The notes: a model not told the origin generated them from the letters alone. A DNA stretch of 55,630 nucleotides from Oculatellaceae cyanobacterium bins.114 (GCA_033764315.1 JANRJA010000145.1:1-55630); one strand, 5' to 3'; shown: positions 1-11,588, numbered from the stretch's first letter. Numbers and translations: made by a program.

Positions 1-328
1 TGACACACCGAAAGATTGCAGTTGCTTAGATAACGATTTCCGAAGGAGATTTCCGTTTTTGTCCCATCCCCCTTATTTCCGATTAAGTCTAATGTTGAAA
101 GCCACTTGCTCAATTCTGCAGGGTGGTATCTGCATCCAGAAAATCTCGATCGCGGGTTTCGATAGGTTTTGTTTGATCCAAATGTAGACGCTGCCTCAGG
201 GTTTTATCGCTACCCCCAATTTAGCAGAGCTAGGTGAGGACAACATTCTCAAGGAAGCGACCTCCGCGCGATAACATTACTTCTCACTCAACTAGAGCAA
301 CTGTCAAGACGATAACCCTATTTAAGCC

Positions 329-1684
329 TTAAACTGAGGCCGGTTGCAGGTGTTTCAGTGTCACCTGAATTCCGGTTTCAGGACGCAGGGTGATTGAGGG
401 TTGCGGCACAATCTCAAAGCCAGGAATCACTTCAATCTGATATTTTTGAGCGATCGCTGCCAGGATTAAAACCGCTTCCATCAGAGCAAACCCTTTGCCA
501 ATACAAATGCGCGGGCCATCCCCAAACGGAATATAAACCCCTCTTGGCAGCGATCGCTCAAGATCGTTTTCCCAGCGTTCGGGTTTAAATAAGTCTGGGT
601 CGTCGAAATACTTTGGACTGCGGTGCATCACCCATTGGCTAATCATAATCACCGTGCCCGATGCCACCTCATAATCGCCAATCCTCGTATCTTTTGCCAC
701 CTCACGCCCAAAAATAGACACGGGTGGATACAAACGCATCGACTCTTTAACAACCTGATTGGTATATTGCAATCGAGGCAAATCTTCAATAGTTGGAGGG
801 CGATCGCCTAACACCTCTGTTAATTCAGTTTGGAGCTTTTGCCGCACCTTTGGGTGTTGAGATAACAACATCCACGTCCACGACAGTGCATTAGCTGTGG
901 TTTCATGCCCTGCCAGCATCAGCGTTGCCACTTCATCTCGCAGCAAGCGATCGCCCATCTGCTCACCCGTTTCTTCGTCTCGTGCATGCATTAACATCGA
1001 GAGCAAGTCGTTTGTTTCTTCAGTCTTGGCGCGTCGTTCTCGAATCAGATTATAAATAGCGTCGTCCATCTCAGCGATCGCTTGACGATAGCGAATATTT
1101 TCTGGACGAGGAAACCATTCTAAAACTAAAAACCCTTGTTTACGTTTGCTCTCAAACCAGTCCATTGTGACATCCAGAGCACGGGCAACAGTCTTTGCTT
1201 CCCCTTCCGCAACATCTTTGTTAAAGATGCATTTCATCACAATGCTCAACGTTAAACGCATCATTTCTTGATGAATATCGCGTGTTTCACCGTCATGCCA
1301 GGTTTGCAGCATTTGCTCAGTGTAGTCAATCATCACCTGACCATATCCTTGAATGCGTTTTTGATGAAAGACGGGTTGCGCCAATTTGCGTTGCCAAAAC
1401 CAGGACTCTCCTTCAGCGGTGAGCAGCCCTTCTCCTAACAGTGTTTTTAAGACTCTAAATCCACGACTTTTGACAAAGGTGTCTCGGTCTTTAAGAACCT
1501 GCTCAATATACTCTGGCTTTGTGATCAGGCAAGTCGAGGTCAGCCCTAATTGAAGTGGCACAATATCACCAAACTCACGAGCACAGTGGGTCAAAAATCC
1601 TAGTGGGTCGCGTCCTAATTCGAGCAAACTTCCTGCGATCGTATTGCCTTGAGGACCGGGCAAATCCAGCACGTCTTGAGCCAT
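329..1684 (-). CDS. Cytochrome P450
   Basis: Heme-Cys motif FGDGPRICIG, I-helix AGHETT, ExxR (ESMR) and PERW. Likely start MAQDVL at 1684; the ORF extends to 1714. Confidence 0.95.
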   Translation of the reverse strand: MAQDVLDLPGPQGNTIAGSLLELGRDPLGFLTHCAREFGDIVPLQLGLTSTCLITKPEYIEQVLKDRDTFVKSRGFRVLKTLLGEGLLTAEGESWFWQRKLAQPVFHQKRIQGYGQVMIDYTEQMLQTWHDGETRDIHQEMMRLTLSIVMKCIFNKDVAEGEAKTVARALDVTMDWFESKRKQGFLVLEWFPRPENIRYRQAIAEMDDAIYNLIRERRAKTEETNDLLSMLMHARDEETGEQMGDRLLRDEVATLMLAGHETTANALSWTWMLLSQHPKVRQKLQTELTEVLGDRPPTIEDLPRLQYTNQVVKESMRLYPPVSIFGREVAKDTRIGDYEVASGTVIMISQWVMHRSPKYFDDPDLFKPERWENDLERSLPRGVYIPFGDGPRICIGKGFALMEAVLILAAIAQKYQIEVIPGFEIVPQPSITLRPETGIQVTLKHLQPASV

Positions 1685-2181
1685 AATGTCTATCTGATGA
1701 GGGTTGCGGCTCATCTTAACGCAGGCTACGTTGCAAACCCTCTGCCCTTTGGTACAAGCTCAATTCAATCTGATGTTGCTCCTGCTGGTTACGTTTTTAG
1801 GTCAGTCATGCTCAATACAAGATGACAACTGATGATCCCCGTTCTACGTCTGCTGTGGAAGTGAAATGGGGTATTCATGCGGCGAGTGACAGGCGATCGC
1901 AATGGACAGAACCCTTACAGGTGACGACCCTTTCTATCTTAACCAGTCAGCAACAATGTCAGGTAAAAATGGATACTGACACAAACAAGATTGAGTAGAA
2001 CGACAGCTATCTAATTAAACCTTGAAAAACTTGCCATGAAACACTAGAAGGGCTAAAAACTTTGTTATTAATTGGCGGATTTATCAGAAAAACTGCCATA
2101 CTAGCTTGTGATTTTTGTTGGTGCAGCTTACAGGTTCGTTGATCAACAATCCAAAATTCTTAATTTAGGTGGAGACTCTAA

Positions 2182-3414
2182 ATGGTCAGTGACAGAGCTG
2201 GTAATAGCCTGAGAAATGCAAACAATTTGGGCAGAATTGGCTTTACCTCCCAAGCGCGTCGTGATTGGGTCGGGGCATCTGATATTAATGACATCTATCG
2301 CTTTCAAGTGGCACAAAATAGTCGTCTAAAGCTTGAACTCTTTGGATTAAAGCCAGGTAGCAATGTTGATATTGAATTGTTGAGCTTAAGAGGCAACACC
2401 CAGAGGACACTCAGGGAGATTGGAAGTACCGATTTTCAACGGCTGACTCGTAGACAAATTACCCAGTTTTTGAGATTTTTAGGGCGATCGCGCCAGAGCA
2501 GTAACCAAAATGAAACAATTAATACTGAGCTAACTCCCGGTGATTATTACATTCGGGTCACTCGCAAACAAGGGCAAAGTCAGTACAACCTGCGGCTTAC
2601 CTCTGAAAACCCCTCCAACACAGGCACTACACCTGGTACCACACCCGGCACCACACCTGGCACCACTCCAACTAACAACGGTCAATTTGACATTATCTTT
2701 GACTACCAATTTGATACTCAAGGATGGTTTACACCAGAGCGGCGCACACTGCTTGAGGCAGCCGCCAACCTGTGGGCATCTAAAATTCAGGATGATTTTG
2801 CGACGGTTCCGGCAGGGACTCCGTTGCGGTTGAGAAATCCTGAAACGCTACAATCAGTCCAATTTACCTCAAGCAAACCCATTGAAGATCTGGTTATTTT
2901 TGTCGGAGCTAGTTCTCTAGGAGGTGCAGCAGCCGATTCGGGCTTTGGTGTAGTGCCTGTTAGTAGTGTTCTCAATAATCGTTTGACAGGGTCAGATTAT
3001 GAACCCTTTATCGGAACGATGACATTCAACAATTCCTTACCCTCTTCCCTGACTTGGTTTTTTGATCCAACACCAGCCACCAGTGATGATATTCCCTATG
3101 CTCAAGGAGCCATTGATTTCTTTAGTACAGCAGCTCACGAAATTGGTCACGTTTTAGGGATTGGGACAGCTCCAGGTTTCGCGTCAATTTGGGATCAAGG
3201 AACCGAGTTTAGTGGTGTTAATGTGTTGAGGGTAAATCAAAATAGACCTGTCCCTCTGGACACTGTTAATCGAGGACATATCTCAAACCAAGTGGTTGTT
3301 AATGGCTTAAGAGATTTGATGAACACACCAGGAGGCAGCGATCGCAGCCGTGTTCCGACCCAAATTGATCTGGCAATATTAGCAGATATGGGTTACATCA
3401 TTCCTAATCTCTAA
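2182..3414 (+). CDS. PPC-domain zinc metallopeptidase-like protein
   Basis: N-terminal PPC-like segment (DINDIYRF...GDYYIRV), a TTPG-repeat linker (12-bp repeats at about 2626-2670) and an HEIGH zincin motif. Confidence 0.7.
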   Translation: MVSDRAGNSLRNANNLGRIGFTSQARRDWVGASDINDIYRFQVAQNSRLKLELFGLKPGSNVDIELLSLRGNTQRTLREIGSTDFQRLTRRQITQFLRFLGRSRQSSNQNETINTELTPGDYYIRVTRKQGQSQYNLRLTSENPSNTGTTPGTTPGTTPGTTPTNNGQFDIIFDYQFDTQGWFTPERRTLLEAAANLWASKIQDDFATVPAGTPLRLRNPETLQSVQFTSSKPIEDLVIFVGASSLGGAAADSGFGVVPVSSVLNNRLTGSDYEPFIGTMTFNNSLPSSLTWFFDPTPATSDDIPYAQGAIDFFSTAAHEIGHVLGIGTAPGFASIWDQGTEFSGVNVLRVNQNRPVPLDTVNRGHISNQVVVNGLRDLMNTPGGSDRSRVPTQIDLAILADMGYIIPNL

Positions 3415-3427
3415 CTTTACGCCAAAA

Positions 3428-4789
3428 CTAAAGCGAAAATAGCTCTTCTGCACTAGATGGATGAATGCCGATCGCAGTGTCTAAATCGGCCTTGGTCATT
3501 CCCAATCTCAACGCAACCGCAAGGGATTGAATAATTTCTACAGCTCCATCTCCCACCATGTGAATGCCTAATACTCGATCAGAGTCTTGCTGATTGACAA
3601 CGACTTTCACAAAGGTCTTTTCATCCCCTCCTGCCAAGCAATAGAGCAACGGACGAAAGCGGGTTCGGTAACAGCGGACTGCTGCCCCAAATCGCTCTAT
3701 TGCTTGGATTTCAGAAAATCCTACTGTGGCAGCCTCTGGATGAGAAGAAAGGGACATGGGAACCCAACTCAAACTAGCTCGGTGTAAATGTGCACCAAAC
3801 TCTGCGTCAGCAAATGCTCGTCCTTGCGCGATCGCACTGGGAGTTAATGGAATGCGTTCTGTGCAATCTCCAACTGCAAAAATATTGGTATGGGTGGTAC
3901 GGCTAAATTCATCCACTCGAATTGCCCCAGATGTAGTCAGTTGAATGCCAACTTTGCTGAGATTTAAATGGGTTAAATTAGGTTGCCGGGGAGCATCTAC
4001 TAACACCACATCAACATCTAAAGAATCTACGTTTAGTGAATCTGCAGTATTGCTTGCTAATTTGACAGAATAGCGATCGCCCTGACGCTCGATTTGGGTT
4101 GTGCGAGTTTGAGAAAATAGGTGTACTCCTTGACGGATCAAACTTTCTTGAATGACATGACTCACCTCTGCATCCAAAAAAGTCAAGATGCGATCTTCTG
4201 AAATCACTTGAGTGACGTCAGACCCTAAAGCATTCATACTGCCAGTAATTTTGACCCCAATCGGGTCACCCCCAATAATGGCGAGAGATTGAGGTTGCTT
4301 TGGCAGACGATATAGTTCATGCCAGGTGATGGTGTGTTCAACACCAGAAATCGTTGGTTTGATGGGCTTTGCACCTACAGCGATCAAAATCTTCTCAGCT
4401 TTAATCGGGATGTCTTTAACAACTACAGTATGTTCATCTAAAAAACTGGCATGTCCTTGTATGACTTGCACACCTGCATCTTTGAGATGATGTAAATGCA
4501 ACTCATTAAGATGTTCTATATGGTGTTCTTTAGCTATTATAAAGTAACTCCAATCAAACGTTGTTGCACTCTCTCGCCAACCATAACTGAGTGCTATTTG
4601 ATTTAACCGTCTAAAACTAGCTGCATAGTCTAATAATTTCTCTGGAATGCACCCATAATTGACGCACGCTCCACCCGGTTTAGCCTGTTCAGCGATCGCC
4701 ACTCGTGCTCCATAACTTGCAGCTCTTTCTGCGGCTGCCAATCCTCCAGACCCTGCTCCAATCACCAGAAGATCAAAGTCAAATGGCAT
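3428..4789 (-). CDS. Glutathione reductase-like flavoprotein disulfide reductase (atypical NAD(P)H motif)
   Basis: FAD motif GAGSGG, redox motif CVNYGC and C-terminal HPSSAEE. The second dinucleotide motif is degenerate (GGDPIG). Confidence 0.8.
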   Translation of the reverse strand: MPFDFDLLVIGAGSGGLAAAERAASYGARVAIAEQAKPGGACVNYGCIPEKLLDYAASFRRLNQIALSYGWRESATTFDWSYFIIAKEHHIEHLNELHLHHLKDAGVQVIQGHASFLDEHTVVVKDIPIKAEKILIAVGAKPIKPTISGVEHTITWHELYRLPKQPQSLAIIGGDPIGVKITGSMNALGSDVTQVISEDRILTFLDAEVSHVIQESLIRQGVHLFSQTRTTQIERQGDRYSVKLASNTADSLNVDSLDVDVVLVDAPRQPNLTHLNLSKVGIQLTTSGAIRVDEFSRTTHTNIFAVGDCTERIPLTPSAIAQGRAFADAEFGAHLHRASLSWVPMSLSSHPEAATVGFSEIQAIERFGAAVRCYRTRFRPLLYCLAGGDEKTFVKVVVNQQDSDRVLGIHMVGDGAVEIIQSLAVALRLGMTKADLDTAIGIHPSSAEELFSL

Positions 4790-4925
4790 AGATTATTCGA
4801 CCTTCCAAACTGGGAATGGTTTATCAAACCCTTATCCTAAAAGGCGCGATCGCTCTTTTCCTCTAACTGGAGACATAAGTATTAAGCAGTAAATGTAACG
4901 ACACTGACATAGAGACAGATGATGC

Positions 4926-6896
4926 TTGAAACCAAATGTCTATACTGAAAACACTGGCGGTGCCCCCGATGAGATTTGGATGGAGCATATGGACGTGGAT
5001 GAACTGTTGAAAGAATTTGAAGATCTCTTCGATCAGGGAATGGAGGGGTTACTGGATATTGTTCGTGTGATCGAAGGACGAACCGAAGCAGAGGAATTTA
5101 AAGCCGATGTCCGGCGTCACCCTCCCCGCGACTCCGAGCACTCGTCTGCCAATACAACTGCCAGTCGTGGAGAGTCGTCTCAAAGCGAAATGGCTTCGCG
5201 TCGCTCTAGTGAAGGGACTGCCAGCACGCGCGATCGCTACTATTCAACGCCTAAAAATTCTGCCACGACAACCACTGATGAGGTGCTCATTACTCCTCCG
5301 TCAGAAGATAGCCATGCATCAGTATCACTTGATGGTGTTGGGGGGTTATCGGAGGTCATTCAAGACTTACGAGAGCTAGTGGAGTTACCTCTAAAACGCC
5401 CTGATTTGCTGCGTTTATTGGGATTAGAACCCACGACAGGGGTGTTGTTGGTGGGGCCACCGGGCACTGGCAAAACCTTGACAGCTCGTGCTTTGGCTCA
5501 AGAACTGGGAGTTAATTATATCGCCATCGTCGGCCCAGAGGTGATGGGCAAATATTATGGAGAGGCCGAAGCTCGCTTGCGGAGCCTGTTTCAAAAAGCC
5601 ACTCGATCGGCTCCCTGCATTGTGTTTATTGATGAAATTGACAGTCTTGCACCCGATCGCGCCAAGGTTGAAGGCGAAGTCGAAAAGCGAGTTGTGGCTC
5701 AACTGTTAAGCCTGATGGATGGTTTTGCCAAAACTCAAGGCGTCATCGTGTTGGCAGCAACCAATCGTCCTGACCATCTGGATCCGGCGTTGCGGCGTCC
5801 TGGACGATTTGATCGCGAGGTTCAATTTCGGGTGCCCGATCGCCTTGGACGGTTAGCCATTCTCAAGATTCTCACCAAGGCGATGCCGTTAGCCAGTGCC
5901 GTTGATTTGGGGGCGATCGCCGATCTCTCTGTTGGCATGGTTGGAGCCGATCTGAAAGCCTTGTGTCAAAAAGCAGCGTATACGGCTCTGCGTCGGTCGG
6001 TGCCTTCGCTGAACGGCCCAGTTCCTAAAACCATGACTGTAACCCAAGCCGATTTTTTGTCTGCCATCAAGCAAATTAAACCTGCGGTATTGCGATCGGT
6101 TGAGGTTGAGACGCCTAATGTCTCGTGGGATGCGATCGGCGGACTCGATGAACTGAAACAAACGTTGCAAGAGTCAGTAGAAGGAGCCTTGCTTTATCCC
6201 GAACTGTATCACCACACCAAGGCAAAGGCTCCTAGAGGCATTTTGTTGTGGGGTCCACCCGGAACGGGCAAAACCCTGCTGGCAAAAGCAGTGGCTTCCC
6301 AAGCCAGAGCTAACTTCATCGCTGTAAATGGCCCGGAGTTGTTGAGCAAATGGGTGGGTGCGTCAGAACAAGCCGTTCGAGAATTGTTTGGCAAAGCTCG
6401 ACAAGCAGCTCCCTGCGTGGTTTTTGTCGATGAGATTGATACTCTTGCTCCGGCTAGAGGCAGTTTTCAAGGGGATTCAGGGGTGGGCGATCGCGTTGTC
6501 GGTCAACTCTTAACTGAACTCGATGGCTTGCAAGATTGTCCCAATCTGTTATTAATTGCGGCGACTAATCGCCCAGAAGCCCTGGATCCGGCACTTCTGC
6601 GATCGGGACGCCTCGATCTGCTGCTTAAAGTCGATTTACCTGATTTAGCCAGTCGCCTCGCTATTTTGCAGGTGCACAATCACGATCGCCCAATCGCCCA
6701 AGTTGATTTGACCCACTGGGCAACTCAAACCGAGGGTTGGAACGGGGCTGATCTAGCACTGCTGAGCAACCAAGCTGCTTTAGAAGCTGTCCGTCGCTAT
6801 CGCAATCAGGGTTTTACCCAGCCTCAAGACATTCAAATCACAACTGACGACTTTACCACTGCCTGCGATCGCCTCATGGCACAACGGCAAGGGTGA
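4926..6896 (+). CDS. CDC48/VCP-like double AAA+ ATPase
   Basis: Two GPPGTGKT Walker A motifs, two DEID Walker B motifs and SRH motifs (ALRRPGRFD, ALLRSGRLD). The true start may be an ATG near 4980-4989. Confidence 0.9.
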   Translation: MKPNVYTENTGGAPDEIWMEHMDVDELLKEFEDLFDQGMEGLLDIVRVIEGRTEAEEFKADVRRHPPRDSEHSSANTTASRGESSQSEMASRRSSEGTASTRDRYYSTPKNSATTTTDEVLITPPSEDSHASVSLDGVGGLSEVIQDLRELVELPLKRPDLLRLLGLEPTTGVLLVGPPGTGKTLTARALAQELGVNYIAIVGPEVMGKYYGEAEARLRSLFQKATRSAPCIVFIDEIDSLAPDRAKVEGEVEKRVVAQLLSLMDGFAKTQGVIVLAATNRPDHLDPALRRPGRFDREVQFRVPDRLGRLAILKILTKAMPLASAVDLGAIADLSVGMVGADLKALCQKAAYTALRRSVPSLNGPVPKTMTVTQADFLSAIKQIKPAVLRSVEVETPNVSWDAIGGLDELKQTLQESVEGALLYPELYHHTKAKAPRGILLWGPPGTGKTLLAKAVASQARANFIAVNGPELLSKWVGASEQAVRELFGKARQAAPCVVFVDEIDTLAPARGSFQGDSGVGDRVVGQLLTELDGLQDCPNLLLIAATNRPEALDPALLRSGRLDLLLKVDLPDLASRLAILQVHNHDRPIAQVDLTHWATQTEGWNGADLALLSNQAALEAVRRYRNQGFTQPQDIQITTDDFTTACDRLMAQRQG

Positions 6897-6915
6897 AGAG
6901 GGGAGTAGAGAAGAT

Positions 6916-6978
6916 GTAGGGTGGGTTGAAGCGTGAAACTCACATCCACACGGGTTACACCTTGCCAACCCATCCTAT
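6916..6978. repeat. REP-like (GTAG-class) inverted pair
   Basis: GTAGGGTGGGTTG...CAACCCATCCTA lies between convergent genes and resembles the REPs flanking the RAYT at 27064. Confidence 0.6.
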
Positions 6979-6981
6979 CGA

Positions 6982-8814
6982 CTAAACCTCTTTCAACAAA
7001 TCAGTTGAGTTAGCAAGAGGAGTAGCAATCATGACGGGTTCTTGATAGAGCGGCACCGTAAAAGTCACTGTCGAACCCAAACCCTCACCCATGCTATAAA
7101 AGTTGACTACGCCACCCATCGCTTCTACCAGTTTTTGAGAGATAGTCAGCCCTAACCCTGTGCCCCCATATTGGCGGGTTCGAGAGCCATCCACCTGGCT
7201 AAAAGTCTGAAACAACTTATCTTGCTTTTCGAGTGAAACTCCAATGCCTGTGTCTGCCACACTAATCTTGACAAACCCAGGTCGTTCTTGATTGTGAACG
7301 ATCACTTTTTTAGGCAAAATTTCGGCACTAATCGCAATGCCGCCCTCATGAGTAAACTTGATGGCATTCCCTACCAAATTCAGCATGACTTGCAAGAGTC
7401 GCTGATAGTTGCCATAGAGAATAACCTCATCTCGGGTGTCAGGAGTGAGAATCTCAAAACTCAAATGCTTTTGCTGTGCTTGCGGTCGCGTAAATTTCTC
7501 GACATCCGTTAACAAATCGTCTAGCTTCACCGGATCGAGGTCTAACGGCATCTTGCCTGCTTCTATCCGCGCGACATCTAAGATGTCATTGATGATATTT
7601 AGGAGGTGAACAGCAGAGCGATGGGCTTCTTCAATGAATTCACTTTGCTCAGCCGGGTCGTCTGCCATGCCATCCATGATCAGCTTGAGAAAGCCAATCA
7701 TCCCGTTGAGGGGAGTCCGCAACTCATGGGAGGTGTTCGCCAAAAATTCGCTCTTGAGGCGAGACGCTTCCTCTGCTTGCTTACGAGCTTCCTCTAGCTC
7801 CTGGTGTTGTTGACGCAGGCTATCGTTTGCCCGTTGCAGCTCAGCCGCAAGACTATGACTAGCCGCAAACAAAGTTGCATGGGCAATTCCTGTTCCAACC
7901 TGGTCTGCAAGCTCTTGAATCAGTTCAATTTCAACCTCGTTCCAAATGCGGCTGCGATCGAACTGATACAGAATGATCACCCCATTGGCTTGGTCTTTAT
8001 AAGAAGTCGGAACAGCCAACAAAGAATAGGGTTGCCCCTGTTCAGAGCGAGTGACATTCACCACGGCAGGTTTGAGAGTGGTTAGAGCCTGCTGTAAATA
8101 AGGTTCGTTGTCGATTAAAAACTGCCGCCCTAGCATCGACTTCAACGTCGATTGATAATATTCAGCGACTACTTCAACCTGGGTATCAGAGACCTCATAG
8201 GGACAGAGCAAACAGCGACTGGCTTCGAGGGCAATCCCTAGACCGTTGACGGTTTGCTGCCAAATGGTTTCTAGATCAAGGGTTCGACGAATATTCCAGG
8301 CAACCTGGGTCAGCAGCTTTTGATAGCGACTGGAACTGGGAGGAAGAGTGGGATAGGCAATACTATCCACTAATTCAAAGGCCTCAAATTTTGAGCAGAC
8401 ATAGAGAAATTGCCCAACAATCACCACCGCTGTAGCAGACCCCTGAGGCATCAAAACGGGGCTAATGTTGAGGTCAAAAACGAGATATTGATCAGCGCAG
8501 AGAAAAGGGTAATTGAACCGCTCTGGTACCAAATACTCTAAAATTCGGTGAATTCGGCTGAGATAGGACTCCTGGTTGATCGGCAAAAAACCATCTTCGA
8601 GTGGCTTACCCACTAACTGATCGCAAAGAAGGTGGTAGTGTTCGGCATCTCGCCAATAAAACGATAAACATTGACCAGCAGCGTTTTGGACAAGAACAAG
8701 GTCAACTCCAGGAGTGGGTAGAACAGGGTCCAATTGCTTAGCTACTGTCAATTCGACAGACTTCGTTAGGGGAAATGGGAGATCGCCAGGCAAAGTCATC
8801 AGCGTCAACTGCAA
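6982..8814 (-). CDS. GAF sensor histidine kinase
   Basis: GAF domain, coiled coil, H-box SHELRTPLN, N-box NLVGNAIKFT and G-boxes DTGIG and GTGLGL. Start uncertain. Confidence 0.92.
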   Translation of the reverse strand: MQLTLMTLPGDLPFPLTKSVELTVAKQLDPVLPTPGVDLVLVQNAAGQCLSFYWRDAEHYHLLCDQLVGKPLEDGFLPINQESYLSRIHRILEYLVPERFNYPFLCADQYLVFDLNISPVLMPQGSATAVVIVGQFLYVCSKFEAFELVDSIAYPTLPPSSSRYQKLLTQVAWNIRRTLDLETIWQQTVNGLGIALEASRCLLCPYEVSDTQVEVVAEYYQSTLKSMLGRQFLIDNEPYLQQALTTLKPAVVNVTRSEQGQPYSLLAVPTSYKDQANGVIILYQFDRSRIWNEVEIELIQELADQVGTGIAHATLFAASHSLAAELQRANDSLRQQHQELEEARKQAEEASRLKSEFLANTSHELRTPLNGMIGFLKLIMDGMADDPAEQSEFIEEAHRSAVHLLNIINDILDVARIEAGKMPLDLDPVKLDDLLTDVEKFTRPQAQQKHLSFEILTPDTRDEVILYGNYQRLLQVMLNLVGNAIKFTHEGGIAISAEILPKKVIVHNQERPGFVKISVADTGIGVSLEKQDKLFQTFSQVDGSRTRQYGGTGLGLTISQKLVEAMGGVVNFYSMGEGLGSTVTFTVPLYQEPVMIATPLANSTDLLKEV

Positions 8815-8980
8815 ACAACAGAATAAATAGAGTTCAGCCTAAAAAGGCTAAGGAATACCACCACGCTAAGATGCAACCCTGTTTGCTGAAGAGTCTGTAA
8901 TGTTAAGGCTCAATGCCTTGTGGTAAAACCTCCGCTCTAACTTAGCTTATCTATAGCCATGTGATCCACAAAAAAATGAG

Positions 8981-9013
8981 AATTTACTTAAGATGACCTA
9001 TCTTAAGTAAATT
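8981..9013. terminator. Perfect 14-bp inverted repeat, probable terminator or stabilising hairpin
   Basis: AATTTACTTAAGAT-gacct-ATCTTAAGTAAATT directly downstream of the 9020-9250 gene. Confidence 0.55.
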
Positions 9014-9019
9014 TAGGAA

Positions 9020-9250
9020 TCAATCGTTCCACTCTCCTCTGGGGGGAACAACTGGATTTCGTTGTAGAGTGCGGGTCAAATCGTCATCTCGTCTTGCACC
9101 TCCGCGCAGCCATTGACGCACGGCTACTTCAATCACCTTGCTGGGATCGTTGGTCAGATGGCTGATTTGATCGAGTAGGTCAGCATCTATCTGAATTGAG
9201 AGGTCGATTTTATTGGATGACTGCTCAGATTGAACAGCAGGATCATTCAT
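9020..9250 (-). CDS. Small cyanobacterial ribbon-helix-helix/CcdA-like protein
   Basis: 76 aa with an RHH-like pattern (LSIQIDADLLDQI...VIEVAVRQWL) and C-terminal PPRGEWND. Start at MNDPAV. Confidence 0.65.
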   Translation of the reverse strand: MNDPAVQSEQSSNKIDLSIQIDADLLDQISHLTNDPSKVIEVAVRQWLRGGARRDDDLTRTLQRNPVVPPRGEWND

Positions 9251-9305
9251 AGAGACTAAAGCTCCTGGAGAAGGGTTATCTAAACAGCACCGCAAAGAAC
9301 GAACT

Positions 9306-9433
9306 CTTAGTACAACTCGTCGCAAATAGGGGTGGGAATTTGGGGTGCAGGGGTGAAACCCCTGGCTGGGGGCGCGGCCCCCACACCCCCTTGGTTTTAT
9401 TTCCGAACCCTATCTGTGAAAAGCAGTACTTAG
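9306..9433. mobile_element. MITE-like element
   Basis: Imperfect terminal inverted repeats CTTAGTAC...CGCAAATAGGG and CCCTATCTGTG...GTACTTAG, with internal GC hairpins (AGGGGTGAAACCCCT). Confidence 0.55.
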
Positions 9434-9739
9434 TGCAGCATTGGGGGAAAGGTAAAAATATAGTCAAACGCTCTCATACTGTATTGTAGCGATGACTCGC
9501 AACTAAACATTAGAACAAATCCTAATAATTTCAGCAATATACAGGAATGTATAGGTGTCCTCAGTTGAGTTGGGGTATGACGATTAGCTTTCTGACAAAA
9601 TTAGGGCTGGTTTCATTTGCCTGCCCTGCCTTCTCCAGGTTATTTCATGAAAAAATGCCTGATGAAGATAGAAGGATTACAATACCTTAAGCAGCTTATA
9701 AATCATGATTGTTGGCTGATTCGCTCTATAACAAGGTCT

Positions 9740-11542
9740 ATGACTGACGTACCTGTTTCCCGAATCCGAAATTTTTCGATCATTGCTCACATTGATCACG
9801 GCAAATCGACCCTGGCTGACCGATTGTTACAAACGACGGGCACAGTGAGTGCGCGTCAAATGAAGGAACAGTTCCTCGACAACATGGATTTAGAGCGAGA
9901 GCGAGGCATTACGATTAAACTGCAAGCGGCTCGCATGTCTTATCCCTCTCAAGATGGTGAAACCTATGTGTTGAACTTGATTGACACACCGGGGCATGTT
10001 GACTTTTCTTATGAGGTGTCGCGATCGCTCGCTGCCTGTGAAGGAGCACTGTTGGTGGTGGATGCCTCACAAGGGGTGGAGGCTCAAACGCTTGCCAACG
10101 TCTACCTGGCTTTAGAACACAACTTAGAAATTATTCCTGTTCTAAATAAAATTGACCTGCCAGGGGCAGAGCCTGAGCGGGTGAAGCAGGAAATTGAGGA
10201 AATTATTGGGCTGGATTGCAGTGGAGCCATTCTAGCTTCGGCAAAAGAAGGAATCGGCATTGATGAGATTCTGGAGTCGATTGTGCACTTGGTTCCGCCG
10301 CCTCAAGATACGGTCAAAGAACCCTTACGGGCGTTAATCTTTGATAGTTATTACGATCCCTATCGGGGAGTCATCGTTTACTTCCGTGTCATGGATGGTG
10401 CTTTAAAAAAGGGCGATCGCATTCGACTGATGGCATCCCATAAGGAATATCAGATTGATGAACTGGGGGTACTCTCTCCTGCTCAGGTGCAAGTGGAAGA
10501 ACTGCACGCAGGGGAAGTGGGTTATTTAGCCGCTGCGATTAAAGCCGTTGAAGATGCTCGTGTGGGAGATACGATTACCCTCGCGACTGCCGCTGCCAAA
10601 GAACCCTTACCGGGCTACACCGAAGCAAAACCAATGGTGTTTTGTGGGCTGTTTCCGACCGACGCTGACGATTTTGAAAACCTGCGGGAGGCGTTAGAGA
10701 AATTGCGCCTCAACGATGCGGCTCTGCAATATGAGCCTGAAACCTCTAGCGCGATGGGGTTTGGTTTTCGCTGTGGGTTCTTGGGGCTGTTGCACATGGA
10801 GATCGTGCAAGAACGCCTGGAACGCGAATATAACCTGGATTTGATTACAACGGCTCCTTCAGTGGTCTATCAGGTCACCAAGCTCAGCGGTGAAGTGCTG
10901 CATATTGATAACCCCAGCCACTTACCCGATCCTCAAGATCGCGAAAAGATGGAGGAGCCATATGTGCAGGTAGACATGATTACCCCTGAAGAGTTTGTTG
11001 GGGCACTGATGGAACTCAGCCAGAGCCGCCGGGGAGTGTTTAAAGACATGAAATACCTGGCACAGGGGCGCACTACTCTGATGTATGAGATTCCTCTAGC
11101 AGAAGTGGTGACCGACTTTTTTGACCAGATGAAGTCGCGATCGCGTGGGTATGCCAGCATGGAATATCATCTCATCGGCTACCGAGAAAACCCGTTGGTG
11201 AAGCTGGACATTCTGATTAATGGCGATCCTGTCGATCCCCTGGCGACGATTGTGCATCGAGATAAAGCCTATTATGTCGGTAAGGCACTGGTAGAAAAGC
11301 TCAAGGAACTGATCCCCAGGCACCAGTTCAAGATCCCCATCCAAGCGACTATTGGCAGTCGGGTAATCGCCAGTGAGCACATTCCAGCCCTGCGTAAGGA
11401 CGTGTTAGCAAAATGCTATGGCGGTGACATCAGCCGTAAGAAAAAACTGTTGCAAAAACAAGCCAAGGGTAAGAAACGATTGAAGGCGATCGGGACGGTG
11501 GATGTGCCTCAAGAGGCGTTTATGGCGGTGCTGAAGCTTTAA
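9740..11542 (+). CDS. lepA: Elongation factor 4 (LepA)
   Basis: [28 protein letters not shown] and C-terminal [19 protein letters not shown]; 600 aa from ATG 9740. Confidence 0.99.
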   Translation: MTDVPVSRIRNFSIIAHIDHGKSTLADRLLQTTGTVSARQMKEQFLDNMDLERERGITIKLQAARMSYPSQDGETYVLNLIDTPGHVDFSYEVSRSLAACEGALLVVDASQGVEAQTLANVYLALEHNLEIIPVLNKIDLPGAEPERVKQEIEEIIGLDCSGAILASAKEGIGIDEILESIVHLVPPPQDTVKEPLRALIFDSYYDPYRGVIVYFRVMDGALKKGDRIRLMASHKEYQIDELGVLSPAQVQVEELHAGEVGYLAAAIKAVEDARVGDTITLATAAAKEPLPGYTEAKPMVFCGLFPTDADDFENLREALEKLRLNDAALQYEPETSSAMGFGFRCGFLGLLHMEIVQERLEREYNLDLITTAPSVVYQVTKLSGEVLHIDNPSHLPDPQDREKMEEPYVQVDMITPEEFVGALMELSQSRRGVFKDMKYLAQGRTTLMYEIPLAEVVTDFFDQMKSRSRGYASMEYHLIGYRENPLVKLDILINGDPVDPLATIVHRDKAYYVGKALVEKLKELIPRHQFKIPIQATIGSRVIASEHIPALRKDVLAKCYGGDISRKKKLLQKQAKGKKRLKAIGTVDVPQEAFMAVLKL

Positions 11543-11560
11543 TCTACTTAATCTTTAAGA

Positions 11561-11588
11561 GTAGGGACATGACATACCATGTCCCTAT
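11561..11588. repeat. REP-like palindrome after lepA
   Basis: GTAGGGACATG-acatac-CATGTCCCTA. Confidence 0.6.

Noticed and set aside
1..328. Partial gene at the window start
   Set aside because: No convincing start codon or recognisable protein motif in the frames I checked.
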